From a virus (Duplodnaviria > Heunggongvirae > Uroviricota > Caudoviricetes), in IMG/VR virus record IMGVR_UViG_3300023238_000006, positions 64,001-111,400 of that record: a stretch of 47,400 bases of DNA, one strand, 5' to 3'. Below the pieces are notes generated by a model, which searched no databases, was not told the origin of the DNA, and saw only the letters and a list, made by a program, of their open reading frames with translations. Made by a program: the position numbers and the translations under genes. Shown one piece after another: positions 20,801 through 29,355 of this stretch (the stretch's first letter is position 1; each line of letters starts with the position of its first letter).

Positions 20801-21287
20801 ATGGTAAGGGGTCTTGTGTGTAGGCCTTAGCTTCTGCTTTCTGTGCATCACCTGCTGCAAATACATCACTATAGTCTACTTGTCTGCCCATCTCTGCTGA
20901 TAGTTTAACAACTTGCTCATCCATCTTCTTAACCATATTAGGGTTCTTAATCCATTCAGAGTAGTTAGGCTTAGAGGACTCATAAGTATCAACGCCAAGG
21001 GTACGTGTACTGTCTTCACGCCCTTCAACACCATATGTATCACCATCTATGGAGTATATTGAGTTACTTGAAATAGCACTAGTAACAGGTGCATCAAACC
21101 CTGGCTGCGATAATCCCGCATTAAGACCTAGCCTGCCTTCTTTAGAGGTAATACGCTCTTGAAGTCTTGACGCTTTATTATCTGAAAGTGTAGGGGATTG
21201 AGGTGTGGTAGGTAATATGGCAGCACCATATATAATTTTGTTTAACTCATCTAGTCGGGTATCAAAGTTGTTGTATTGTCCTAGCAT
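17865..21287 (-). CDS. Probable vRNAP N-terminal (ejection) domain, encoded as a separate 1140-aa protein
   Basis: Lies between the gp51-like gene and the polymerase piece. Gly/Ala-rich segments (KGFEEGLEEIIQDG...LAIAGLMGAGAGSG) are typical of N4-type vRNAP N-termini and ejection proteins. Single Cys, as the last residue. Confidence 0.7.
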   Translation of the reverse strand: MLGQYNNFDTRLDELNKIIYGAAILPTTPQSPTLSDNKASRLQERITSKEGRLGLNAGLSQPGFDAPVTSAISSNSIYSIDGDTYGVEGREDSTRTLGVDTYESSKPNYSEWIKNPNMVKKMDEQVVKLSAEMGRQVDYSDVFAAGDAQKAEAKAYTQDPLPSLLQETLLTNNDSRTFKTKDGKTHISNYGRDLGLLETMGGLYTKEDGTTGDGREEVMFSNRQQAVTDNARYNGGYSPVRNAKLDMLLSGGGEDTDSYLGNLVDAAQKGVGAFAAGTGDWIVDAGIRLGKEAAKGIEGKDEDYYNKKLQRKLKGTMFEDLVTKDGDFVGFDKFKTAKYYGYDPKRVEAYTKKAKKILFDDNASWQDKVLVALEAIVQAPEVLAGSSGEILAASNPLGVAALAGKAMNEVLAERAAIKGTTELEASDYGIGLAAGTVYALVNKFTGGMAGLKPTKELVLQAAQLMDRAAWNTVTKSFLVVGANAVTKGFEEGLEEIIQDGSQLVGAKLGTSKQDEITSEDAIQDLAIAGLMGAGAGSGTSIAKDAASAIINNGSVVSATDQLSAKLSALKAEQEDIAANTTTPIKQTTFTDTINNATSDEDAAAIFEAQKNELLQEVAEVSKARGGAVVSPREVLATKTQEWQDDFMNATRIHQTNLANKAIETGDSSRLGATPEAEEAMRVAFSRIALDNDTQADTFTDNLIANNLDESGEVIDKDIPRIVKSLKEIRAHIKTMGGMDITREQIVTSGMSADKKGFMSYFRDALGSSKGSIERKASSDKLIAFTSLQEEKHQKLIAGRTAAIEPIANKINTLVSTTGLSEEVVWKALVKASSTGKFNLAKTNSFDNELAQVMAATGKTVAQLSIAGGSHSIQYASKEYMRVNSEFVRDAGNFDVNSEGSLIDYAQDLPWNKAASEGLTSTWKEGSKTNVMIAATGREVQAMIKASQLINKNNIRSEVSGESQQGTQEAQTEAEPVSIPKLNIKASGAAEEVTGDTTKGAPAIVTIIAQKQVTGVELEPSEREFMIDEANQKSVTVAVKGITDSSVETLPAATKKSPKNSPTKKPKADILEGLDETDGAGLKGLGNTAKPIDRALEIRSVAQDPESKYNVGTREALLQYITSAPSLMKKLKEAGIDLKDC

Positions 21288-21312
21288 GGAGTTCCTTTAA
21301 TTAATTAAGGGA

Positions 21313-21323
21313 ATTATACCATA
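21313..21323 (-). promoter_or_regulatory. Extended -10 promoter TATGGTATAAT upstream of the vRNAP locus
   Basis: TGnTATAAT in the short intergenic gap before an AAAGGA RBS; the same motif recurs before other late genes. Confidence 0.6.
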
Positions 21324-21337
21324 CTATTAAGTTATTA

Positions 21338-23854
21338 CTATTTCAAGTATTCTCTAATAGCTTCACGCATAGCAGGGAATCTAGTTGATATCTGCTCAAG
21401 GCGTAGCAAGTCCTGAGGACTCTTAGTACCTTTGGTTAAAATTACAGCAACCTCGTCTGACGCTTTCTTTATAAAGTCGGCCTTCATATTACCACTAGAC
21501 TTAGATAAAGTATTAGCAGAGCCTTTAACAAATACGCCAGAATTACTACCGGCAGTTCTTACTCTGTCAAATAGCTTGTCAGCTAATTTACTACTAACTT
21601 TACTACCAACCGTGCTTGCCCCTGGAATTATTGGACCTAACAACCTATTCTCAATAGCTTGAGAATCAGTTGATGGTACTCCTCGTTCACTAGGAAGTGA
21701 TGAGGGTTTGAAGTTATTACGGAAGCCCAGTAACCCCATAAGATTTTGCCCAGATTTATTACCTTGGTTTAAAGTATTAATAGCAGTACTACTAAATGCT
21801 GCAACCTCATTACCAGGGGTACCTGCAGCATTATACATCTTAGTATCTGAAAACTTAGGGCCAAACTTACTCATCCATGCAGTTGCTAAGTCAGCATCAG
21901 AAGTAGAGCTACCGGCCTTACCAAGGTTGTTACGAATGTTTCTACTAATATTAGCGTCTGTAATAGGAGTACCGTCATTGATAGAATCAATAATAGCAAC
22001 CATACCAATAGCACCTTGTTGGTGTGCCCCATACATATTAATCTCTGTAAGAGGTATACCAGAGTTAGTAAGTGACCTAGCCTTCTCTGCAGTCAGCTCA
22101 GCGTATATAGCATCCTGGTTAGCAGGGGTTTTCCAACTACCCTTTAACCCAAGGCGTTTGGAGTACTCTTCGCCATACTTAGGCATTATCTGGTATCGTC
22201 CGTAAGCATTAGAACTCTTGCCTTGTGTAGTGTACGAAAGTGCCGTATCATTAACAGACTCAGTTATTGCTAACTTAGCTTCATAACTACCTGCTTTTGC
22301 AGGTACTTTACTTGCTAGATACTTAGTATCCTCTGGAGTTACTGTGTACTTGTCAGCAGCTTGTTCTCGCCACTTACCACTCTCTGCATCCTTACGTAAC
22401 GAGTCAACGGTTATAGTTGAGCCATCAGAATATTTAGGGGCAACATCGTTAGTTGTTCCTACATTACCTCTAGGAGCAAGGTTGTTACCTTTCTCTCCAT
22501 ACTTGGCTAAGAACCCTTGCAACCCTGTAGCGTTAGGGTCACTCTTCTTAAACTTCTCTTCTAGGGCTAGATTTGCAGCGGTAGCTTGGGCGTTAGCTGT
22601 GTTAACAGCTGCTGCATACTTACCATCATACTTAGCAACAGTGTAGCCACCAGTAGACTGCTCTCTGCTGAGGGCCTTATCAAACTCCCCAGCAGCATAT
22701 TGTTTCTTTAACCAAACGTTAGTTGCATCGATATCAACAATTCTAGTATCGAACATTTTACCATCACTGCCTTTAGAGAACTTACTCAAAGCATAGTCCA
22801 TAATAGAAGCAGGCACTCCTTCATCCAATCTCTCACTAACCCAGTCTTTTAGATCAGTACCACTTTCTCCTCCAGACCCTGTTGTGCTAATTGTCCACTT
22901 AGGGTACTTAACTCTTGTGTCATCTAATAATATAGTTTTATTCTTCATGCTATTAGAGCCGTAAGTCTTATCATTAGCCTTAGAAGATCCGGCTCTTAAC
23001 TGTTCAGAAGTTTTAGCAGCCACATCTAAAGAGTTCTTTAATGTATCTGCAATCCCTTTCTGCCCTGACTTATATAATGCAGCCTCTGTAGCTGTTAAAG
23101 GCTTAGGGGCATACTGGGCGGCCATCGCAGCAGCTTCTGTGCTAGCCTCTGTAGCCGTGTACTTACCAGAAGCCATAAGAGATTTTGTTAATCTACTCTC
23201 GTAGCCAGAATCTGTAGTTCCGTATTGAAGACCGTTAGTACTAGCGGCTTTAATACGATTGTACTCAGCATCCATAGGCCCTCTCTCAGAAAGTCTTGCT
23301 TGCTCTCTAGCAGCAACTAGTTCTGGAGTATTATTAAGGTTTGAAGCTGCTAAGTCTTCTTTCTCAGAAGCAGCCCAAGTGTTTGCTGCCTGTACTTCTT
23401 GCAACTCTGCAGGGGAATTACCCATATTAGCTACTAGTGTGTTAAACTGCTCATCCTCTATTGAAGTGGTTGTACCATCAAACTTATTGCCATCGTATTT
23501 GTAGTTTATCTTATCAGATATTCGGTTGTAGACATCTTGCCCTTCCTGCCCTGAACCAACATTCTTAGGGACTGCTGCTGCTGACTGTAATGCTGCTAAT
23601 TTATCTTGCTTAAACTGCCAATCTGACTGTTGTCGCTTAGCCTCGGCGTCAGCTCTAGCATTAACAATACCTCGCTGTGCCAGCGTAGCCGCTTGCTCAG
23701 CGGTATACCTAGTATCCAACACCCCTTGTCTAACCAAGGCATCAGCAGCTGCTTGTCTATCTGACATCTGCTTAGTAAACCCACTAAGGGCATCCTGTAG
23801 GCCTCTAGTAGGATCAACAACATTACCTGTACTGAAATTACTTCTTAATGCCAT
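21338..23854 (-). CDS. N4 gp51-like ejection protein with a lysozyme/transglycosylase-like domain
   Basis: LAITES...SSNAYGRYQIM...TPANQD...YGAHQQG lysozyme-superfamily motifs; no Cys; synteny with N4 gp51. Confidence 0.75.
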   Translation of the reverse strand: MALRSNFSTGNVVDPTRGLQDALSGFTKQMSDRQAAADALVRQGVLDTRYTAEQAATLAQRGIVNARADAEAKRQQSDWQFKQDKLAALQSAAAVPKNVGSGQEGQDVYNRISDKINYKYDGNKFDGTTTSIEDEQFNTLVANMGNSPAELQEVQAANTWAASEKEDLAASNLNNTPELVAAREQARLSERGPMDAEYNRIKAASTNGLQYGTTDSGYESRLTKSLMASGKYTATEASTEAAAMAAQYAPKPLTATEAALYKSGQKGIADTLKNSLDVAAKTSEQLRAGSSKANDKTYGSNSMKNKTILLDDTRVKYPKWTISTTGSGGESGTDLKDWVSERLDEGVPASIMDYALSKFSKGSDGKMFDTRIVDIDATNVWLKKQYAAGEFDKALSREQSTGGYTVAKYDGKYAAAVNTANAQATAANLALEEKFKKSDPNATGLQGFLAKYGEKGNNLAPRGNVGTTNDVAPKYSDGSTITVDSLRKDAESGKWREQAADKYTVTPEDTKYLASKVPAKAGSYEAKLAITESVNDTALSYTTQGKSSNAYGRYQIMPKYGEEYSKRLGLKGSWKTPANQDAIYAELTAEKARSLTNSGIPLTEINMYGAHQQGAIGMVAIIDSINDGTPITDANISRNIRNNLGKAGSSTSDADLATAWMSKFGPKFSDTKMYNAAGTPGNEVAAFSSTAINTLNQGNKSGQNLMGLLGFRNNFKPSSLPSERGVPSTDSQAIENRLLGPIIPGASTVGSKVSSKLADKLFDRVRTAGSNSGVFVKGSANTLSKSSGNMKADFIKKASDEVAVILTKGTKSPQDLLRLEQISTRFPAMREAIREYLK

Positions 23855-23863
23855 AATATATCC

Positions 23864-24322
23864 TTACTTCCCACCAAATGTAGCGCCTATGTCTTTCTGG
23901 CGACCTTTAGCTTGGTCTAGCACAAACTTGTTCTGCTCTAGCTGTTGTCCCATAAGCTCACGTTGCTTATTAGCAGTCTTCTGATTCTCTAGGTAGCTCA
24001 TTACACCAAGTCCTAGTTGCCCAACACCAAGGGCTGTACCGCCTAGTCCTGTCATGCCCCAGTCGGTCTTAGCTCCTTCCTGTTGTTTAGCAAATGCAGC
24101 GTCAGCAACAGCTACATCAGAAGTAGATGAATCTGGTGTAATATTATATCCAGCCATAAAATCAGACTTAGCTTGCGTGTTATTATATAAATCCATGTAG
24201 TCGGACCGGTTTCCAGCGCCAAACATATCCCCCCATGACTTCTGAGGGGCATTAAGGGCAGGCGCATTTAACCCTTCCAAGCTGCGGAACTTATCTATAG
24301 GTGATAGATTTATTTCTGACAT
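23864..24322 (-). CDS. N4 gp52-like small ejection protein
   Basis: 152 aa with a Gly-rich hydrophobic segment GLGGTALGVGQLGLGVMSYL; synteny. Confidence 0.65.
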   Translation of the reverse strand: MSEINLSPIDKFRSLEGLNAPALNAPQKSWGDMFGAGNRSDYMDLYNNTQAKSDFMAGYNITPDSSTSDVAVADAAFAKQQEGAKTDWGMTGLGGTALGVGQLGLGVMSYLENQKTANKQRELMGQQLEQNKFVLDQAKGRQKDIGATFGGK

Positions 24323-24349
24323 ATTATTATCCTTATAATTTTATTTCGT

Positions 24350-24360
24350 AGTATACCATA
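24350..24360 (-). promoter_or_regulatory. Extended -10 promoter TATGGTATACT
   Basis: Intergenic, upstream of the AAGGA RBS of 23864-24322; identical copy at 32815-32825. Confidence 0.6.
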
Positions 24361-24367
24361 AATCTAG

Positions 24368-26629
24368 CTAGTAGCCAGACTCATAGTGTTTATTCATTAG
24401 CAATCTATTACGGCCGCTAGTTAGGATAGTATATGATTTCTCATATATGTCTCCAACCTCAAAGATACTTCCGTAAGGATCAGTATAACTTGTCCATATA
24501 GCTTCATCTTGGTCAGGACTTAGTGTTTCTATCTCTTTCTCTTGTGCTTCTAATTGTGCTTGTAGATCTTCTATACCCTCGTTAGGAGGAGCCACCAATA
24601 GCACGTAGGCATTAAACATTACATTAGTAAAGTTTAACGTCTGATTCATTATAGTAGTTGTAGGCATAGCCGCAAACTTCGTAACACCATTAGCTAAGAC
24701 ATCACTAAAATCTCCTATACTATTTATAGGCACGACCCCTACACCAAATGCTGCTCCCATAGTAAGAGCTCCTCCTAATAGGCTAGCGTACATTGCAGTC
24801 TCTTCATCTATGATACCGATTTTAGAGCCTACCTGTGAACCGTACATAAGAGCTTGCCCTGCAAATGCTAACGTACTTGTTATACCTGCCTGAGCAGCTA
24901 CAACCGCAGCATTTAATGCAGCCTGCTGTGCAGCTGTGGTAGCAGCGTTCTTTGTACCCTCAAGAGCCGCAGATTTAGCAGATTCTAGCAGTGCTTGTTT
25001 AGCTCCTTGAGCCGCGAAGTTCTGGACAGCTCCAGCAATACCTGTAGCCATAGCTAAGTACCCTAAATACTCTGCACCACCGGCAGCAAATTTAGCTGCC
25101 ATAGGACTACCATTCTCAGCCCAGTACATAGATAGCCCTGTCATAGCTAAGGACCCTATAAGGAGAGTAATGGAGGCTGCAGCCCACTTAGCACTTGTAC
25201 CAGCAGTTTTTATGAACATTACAATAGCTATAATAATTATGATTATAACAAGTACCACTACAACTACTACCTCCCACCACTTAGCTGGCTTAACATCATA
25301 CCCTGAGGACATGTGCCCAGCAAACTGCTTAGTAAACTCCCTAGGTTTAAGAGAACCTAGATAGTCATATCTCATAACTGTAACAGCATCATCAGAGTTA
25401 TATCCTCCAGCTCCTTGGGACATTAGGTAGTTACTACCATCTACTGCGTAGGGAGCTACATAATTAGCCATCCTTATTAGTTGTTTATTAATACTTAGTT
25501 GGGTATCTAAATTCTTACCTATAACTACATCATAGTTAAGGCCAGGAACATAAGGGTTAAGTATCTGATCATTCAGCTTATCTATCTGTGCACGGACAGC
25601 AGCTATAAGTGGGTCAACTATTACATCATCAACATCCACAACTCTTCTAAATCTAAATGCTACTTTAGCAGAAGTCATATACCTGCCAACACTACTAGAC
25701 TTATTTAATCCTGTAACAAAGTGATGCCTCTCCTCTACAGTTCTCTGCATTACCCTTAGCTCACGTTCAAACAGTACACCATTACTATCCATCATAGCTG
25801 TACCAGTAATACGATTAAAGTGCATGTCATCAAATAGAATCTCTAGTGGATGGTATCCAGAACACTTAGCTAGTATCTCTGCATCAGTTATATCGGGGTT
25901 TATCAAGGAGGCTTTATGAGGCAGATATGTTAAGTATGAGGTTATCCACCCATCTTTATCCCATAATGGTTCTATTACCTCACCATCAGCATTTAGTATG
26001 GTTCTATCTTTATATGGATCTGGATTAAGGTCTGTAAGTGGGTCAGGCTCCAATACGTAGTTAAATGGGTCTTTACCTGTAGGGTATATACGAGGAGTAA
26101 AACTCTCTATGTACCCTCTAATCTCTTCATCAGTAACTACATTAGTTTTAGGCATACCAGATACATCTAGGTACATGGCATTAAGGCCTTTAGTATCTTG
26201 AGCTTCTAGAGCACTAAGTTCTATCCCTATTAGCTTATATATCTTTAAAGCACTTGCAGATCTATTAACACCCCCACCTCTAGTCCATGTCCACAGTCTA
26301 TCAAATACTATAGCTCCAGCAGTTACAGTTACAGAAGGGAGTATCTCAGGAAGTGGATCAGCTGAGGAAAGTATATTATAAGACGACAATGTACCTGTAA
26401 CTACAATACCATACGATATATTATCATCAGTTAGTACTACAGTTTGAGTAGTACCTCCAACAGCCAAGTACGTAAGTACGTCATCAGCTAGTGCGTTATC
26501 AAACCTCATAGTAGAAGTTCCATCAGCAACAGCATGGCTAGGCCAGTGCCTTAGTACCGTATTCTTAAACCTCATAGCACCAGTATGTGCTAGTATTGTA
26601 GGAGTTACTGAGTCTCTAACTACATACAT
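24368..26629 (-). CDS. N4 gp53-like virion protein with a membrane-spanning C-terminal half
   Basis: KWWEVVVVVVLVIIIIIIAIV hydrophobic helix after a large N-terminal domain; synteny. Confidence 0.65.
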   Translation of the reverse strand: MYVVRDSVTPTILAHTGAMRFKNTVLRHWPSHAVADGTSTMRFDNALADDVLTYLAVGGTTQTVVLTDDNISYGIVVTGTLSSYNILSSADPLPEILPSVTVTAGAIVFDRLWTWTRGGGVNRSASALKIYKLIGIELSALEAQDTKGLNAMYLDVSGMPKTNVVTDEEIRGYIESFTPRIYPTGKDPFNYVLEPDPLTDLNPDPYKDRTILNADGEVIEPLWDKDGWITSYLTYLPHKASLINPDITDAEILAKCSGYHPLEILFDDMHFNRITGTAMMDSNGVLFERELRVMQRTVEERHHFVTGLNKSSSVGRYMTSAKVAFRFRRVVDVDDVIVDPLIAAVRAQIDKLNDQILNPYVPGLNYDVVIGKNLDTQLSINKQLIRMANYVAPYAVDGSNYLMSQGAGGYNSDDAVTVMRYDYLGSLKPREFTKQFAGHMSSGYDVKPAKWWEVVVVVVLVIIIIIIAIVMFIKTAGTSAKWAAASITLLIGSLAMTGLSMYWAENGSPMAAKFAAGGAEYLGYLAMATGIAGAVQNFAAQGAKQALLESAKSAALEGTKNAATTAAQQAALNAAVVAAQAGITSTLAFAGQALMYGSQVGSKIGIIDEETAMYASLLGGALTMGAAFGVGVVPINSIGDFSDVLANGVTKFAAMPTTTIMNQTLNFTNVMFNAYVLLVAPPNEGIEDLQAQLEAQEKEIETLSPDQDEAIWTSYTDPYGSIFEVGDIYEKSYTILTSGRNRLLMNKHYESGY

Positions 26630-26639
26630 AGCTAGCTAC

Positions 26640-27782
26640 TTAAGCTACAACAGTTTGAGTGAATACATCTTTAACAGTCTTACCTGTGTGGTCTACTATA
26701 CTAGCGGTGATGGTATACTTTACACCTACTACCAAGTCAGCTGATTTATTAACTGGCAGTGTAGATACCCATGAGCCATCTAGTTGGACTAGTCCTGGCT
26801 CACTCTGCACTGTAGCTTGGTTTGTTGCACTGTATACTAGCACTACACTCCTACCAGAACTTATACCTGTAACTGTGCCTGATACATTGTGTACTGCAGT
26901 TATTGATAGTGCGTCAGTTACTACTATATTAACTGATCCACCGATCTGTACTATTGCGGTATGACTTGTGTTCAAGTAACTAGTAGCTTCTGTCCAACTA
27001 GCTAGGTACTGGTCGTAGTTAATCCCACTAGCTTCTGTACTCAGTAGTAATCCTATCATACTTGCTGAACTGTTTGCAACATGCTGACGTTGGTTGTCAT
27101 CGAACCCTTGCTCTTGTCTGATAGCTACGTTAGTCTGAGCAACTGTGAGTCCTTCTGTATCTCCACCAACTGTAGTAAACTGTCCTGTGGTAGCATCAGC
27201 TGTATAACTAACATTACCATTAGTTCTATATGTATTACTATATGTAGCATAAGTATCAACCTTAGCTTTCTTAAGCGTCTCCACCTTCACACCATAGTCC
27301 ATATAAGACAGCTCAGGGACAATAACAGTCGTAGGCGATAGATTGTACGTATTAACCCCGTAGTCTCTGTACAGCTCTCCCTGGAGCTTCCAGCCTTGCA
27401 TGATTAGTACTTCTTTATCCTTCTCAGCCTTGAGGATATCAGCTTCAACCTTAGCTGCCTGAGCTGTTGTAAGCTTAGTATCTTCTCTTAGCTTAGTTAA
27501 CACATACTTAGCATCTCTATTCTCTGTAGCTATCTTGATAGCAGCATCAAGTGCCTTAGAAGACATACCTGTAGCTATAGTGGAAATAGTCTGTGCTATC
27601 ACAGTAGCCTTAGCCTCGTCTGTAAGGCTTCCAGTTGACAGTAGGTCTACTAGCGTCTCTTTAGCTCTTAGGTACACACTACGGCCTCCTGTGGAGGCTT
27701 CCATTAAGTCTTTGTATAGAGGTATGACTTCTAAGTCACCTACTAGTTCTGGTACGTATGTTACTGTTGAATTTGTTGCCAT
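26640..27782 (-). CDS. N4 gp54-like structural (tail/nozzle) protein with an Ig-like C-terminal extension
   Basis: KLREDTKLTTAQ...IRQEQGFDDNQRQH coiled segment; C-terminal beta-rich domain; synteny. Confidence 0.6.
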   Translation of the reverse strand: MATNSTVTYVPELVGDLEVIPLYKDLMEASTGGRSVYLRAKETLVDLLSTGSLTDEAKATVIAQTISTIATGMSSKALDAAIKIATENRDAKYVLTKLREDTKLTTAQAAKVEADILKAEKDKEVLIMQGWKLQGELYRDYGVNTYNLSPTTVIVPELSYMDYGVKVETLKKAKVDTYATYSNTYRTNGNVSYTADATTGQFTTVGGDTEGLTVAQTNVAIRQEQGFDDNQRQHVANSSASMIGLLLSTEASGINYDQYLASWTEATSYLNTSHTAIVQIGGSVNIVVTDALSITAVHNVSGTVTGISSGRSVVLVYSATNQATVQSEPGLVQLDGSWVSTLPVNKSADLVVGVKYTITASIVDHTGKTVKDVFTQTVVA

Positions 27783-27820
27783 TTTATTTCCTTATTGGTT
27801 TGTAATTATAGCGTAGTTAT
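27766..27820. repeat. 55-bp exact direct repeat, copy 1 (stop + TATAAT + RBS + first codons of the gp54-like gene)
   Basis: gttgaatttgttgccattttatttccttattggtttgtaattatagcgtagttat is identical to 29301-29355. Confidence 0.95.
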
Positions 27821-28995
27821 GATAGAACCCTGATATACGCACGTATATCACGACTAAAGGTTAACCCGTCCCACCCCTGAGCACTCTGCACTACATAAAA
27901 CTTTATAGTACCTGCAGTATCTATAACATAATACATAAAAAATTCCCACGCAGCACGAAACATTATCTTTGCCCCGTTTACAACTGGCACATTCCCAAAT
28001 GCTTTAAATGTATAAGTTAGTGAAGGTATATTTACAGATACATTTAAAGTCTGGCCAACTGCTAAACTAACTGTTAGTGTAGACATAAGAGTGGTACCTA
28101 AATTAATTGCAGTATGAGCAGCTACAACTAAATGGTCTGTAACACTAGATGTTGCAGTGAAGAAATGTGAATTAGTTGAAAATAAATCAAACACTACATT
28201 ATTCTTTCTACACCCTATAGCCTCTACACCTCCAATTGACTTAAATGATACACCTTGTAAAGCAAAGTCATATGAATTTATCAATTGTATAAGTGTATGA
28301 CCACCAGTAGTTCTCTGATTAGTATACGTTAGGTTATCTGTAGATGTAACAAAATTACCACCGGCCGTACTATTAGGATCTATATCATTAGAATGCGGTA
28401 TTGCTAATATGGTATCATAATCGTTGACTCTACCTGCAAGATTATCTATAAATGCCACATACTGATTAGTTAATACATTAGAGCCATTGATATAAATACC
28501 CGTACTATCTATTTTGACTTCACTTGCAGGCGCTTCTACTACGTTGTCAATCACATACACATCTATATACTCAAAGACTAGTTTAGATGGCAATGCATCT
28601 TCTGAAGCAGTATAACCACCATTCTGGGCATCTAGTCCAAAGCATAAGCCTTTAGCTCCAACATTACCAAAAGTAGTAGTATCAGGTAAAACCACCCAGT
28701 CTGGTGAGTCTATCTGTGCTTGAAAAAAGTACCTAGTACCAGCGTCAAATCCTACTACTAAACAGTTTGAGTTCAGAGGGACTGAGGTTGTAGAAGCATA
28801 CCCTTTTGTAGTTAGGCCTGCAGCATTATACGGAACAGTACCATCTGCGGTAAACCTGTGTATTGATGACACTTTCATATAAGGCATAGATGAATGAAAT
28901 GACGTACCTGCAACATTAGTTTTAACTACAGTAGTAGACCCTTCATATAAATGTAGTATCTTTTCAGTACCATTTGCTCCAACATAGACACTCAT
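27817..28995 (-). CDS. Tail-tip-associated / receptor-binding-like beta-rich protein (392 aa)
   Basis: N-terminus MSVYVG...ILHL...TSFHSSMPY resembles partners of phage tail-tip proteins; lies inside the repeat-flanked cassette. Confidence 0.55.
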   Translation of the reverse strand: MSVYVGANGTEKILHLYEGSTTVVKTNVAGTSFHSSMPYMKVSSIHRFTADGTVPYNAAGLTTKGYASTTSVPLNSNCLVVGFDAGTRYFFQAQIDSPDWVVLPDTTTFGNVGAKGLCFGLDAQNGGYTASEDALPSKLVFEYIDVYVIDNVVEAPASEVKIDSTGIYINGSNVLTNQYVAFIDNLAGRVNDYDTILAIPHSNDIDPNSTAGGNFVTSTDNLTYTNQRTTGGHTLIQLINSYDFALQGVSFKSIGGVEAIGCRKNNVVFDLFSTNSHFFTATSSVTDHLVVAAHTAINLGTTLMSTLTVSLAVGQTLNVSVNIPSLTYTFKAFGNVPVVNGAKIMFRAAWEFFMYYVIDTAGTIKFYVVQSAQGWDGLTFSRDIRAYIRVLS

Positions 28996-29276
28996 CTTAT
29001 ATGTATCTCCCCTAAACCTAGATTTATCTTCATAATATAATCAGAGTCATCAGCAGGAGTTACTCCATCTGTACGTAAGTTGTATATAACATTACCAGCA
29101 AAGATATTTGAGGACACAGAGCCAGTAGTAATCTTGCCACCATCTATAACAGTAGTACCTGTAGGACTAGCCAAGTCAGCAGCTAAGGCTGTTACACCAT
29201 CATCACTGTACTGCTCAGTAGCTATATTCTTAGCTTTCTCTGATGCTTGTGTTATGTTTGTTATGTTTAGTGGCAT
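28992..29276 (-). CDS. 94-aa protein resembling a tail-tip C-terminal fragment
   Basis: TTVIDGGKITTGSV matches TTTIDGGRITTGTI in the 785-aa protein; AAAGGA RBS. Confidence 0.6.
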   Translation of the reverse strand: MPLNITNITQASEKAKNIATEQYSDDGVTALAADLASPTGTTVIDGGKITTGSVSSNIFAGNVIYNLRTDGVTPADDSDYIMKINLGLGEIHIR

Positions 29277-29300
29277 TGTTTTCCTTTATGGCTTTGCGGC

Positions 29301-29355
29301 GTTGAATTTGTTGCCATTTTATTTCCTTATTGGTTTGTAATTATAGCGTAGTTAT
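29301..29355. repeat. 55-bp exact direct repeat, copy 2
   Basis: Identical to 27766-27820; spacing 1535 bp. Confidence 0.95.
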
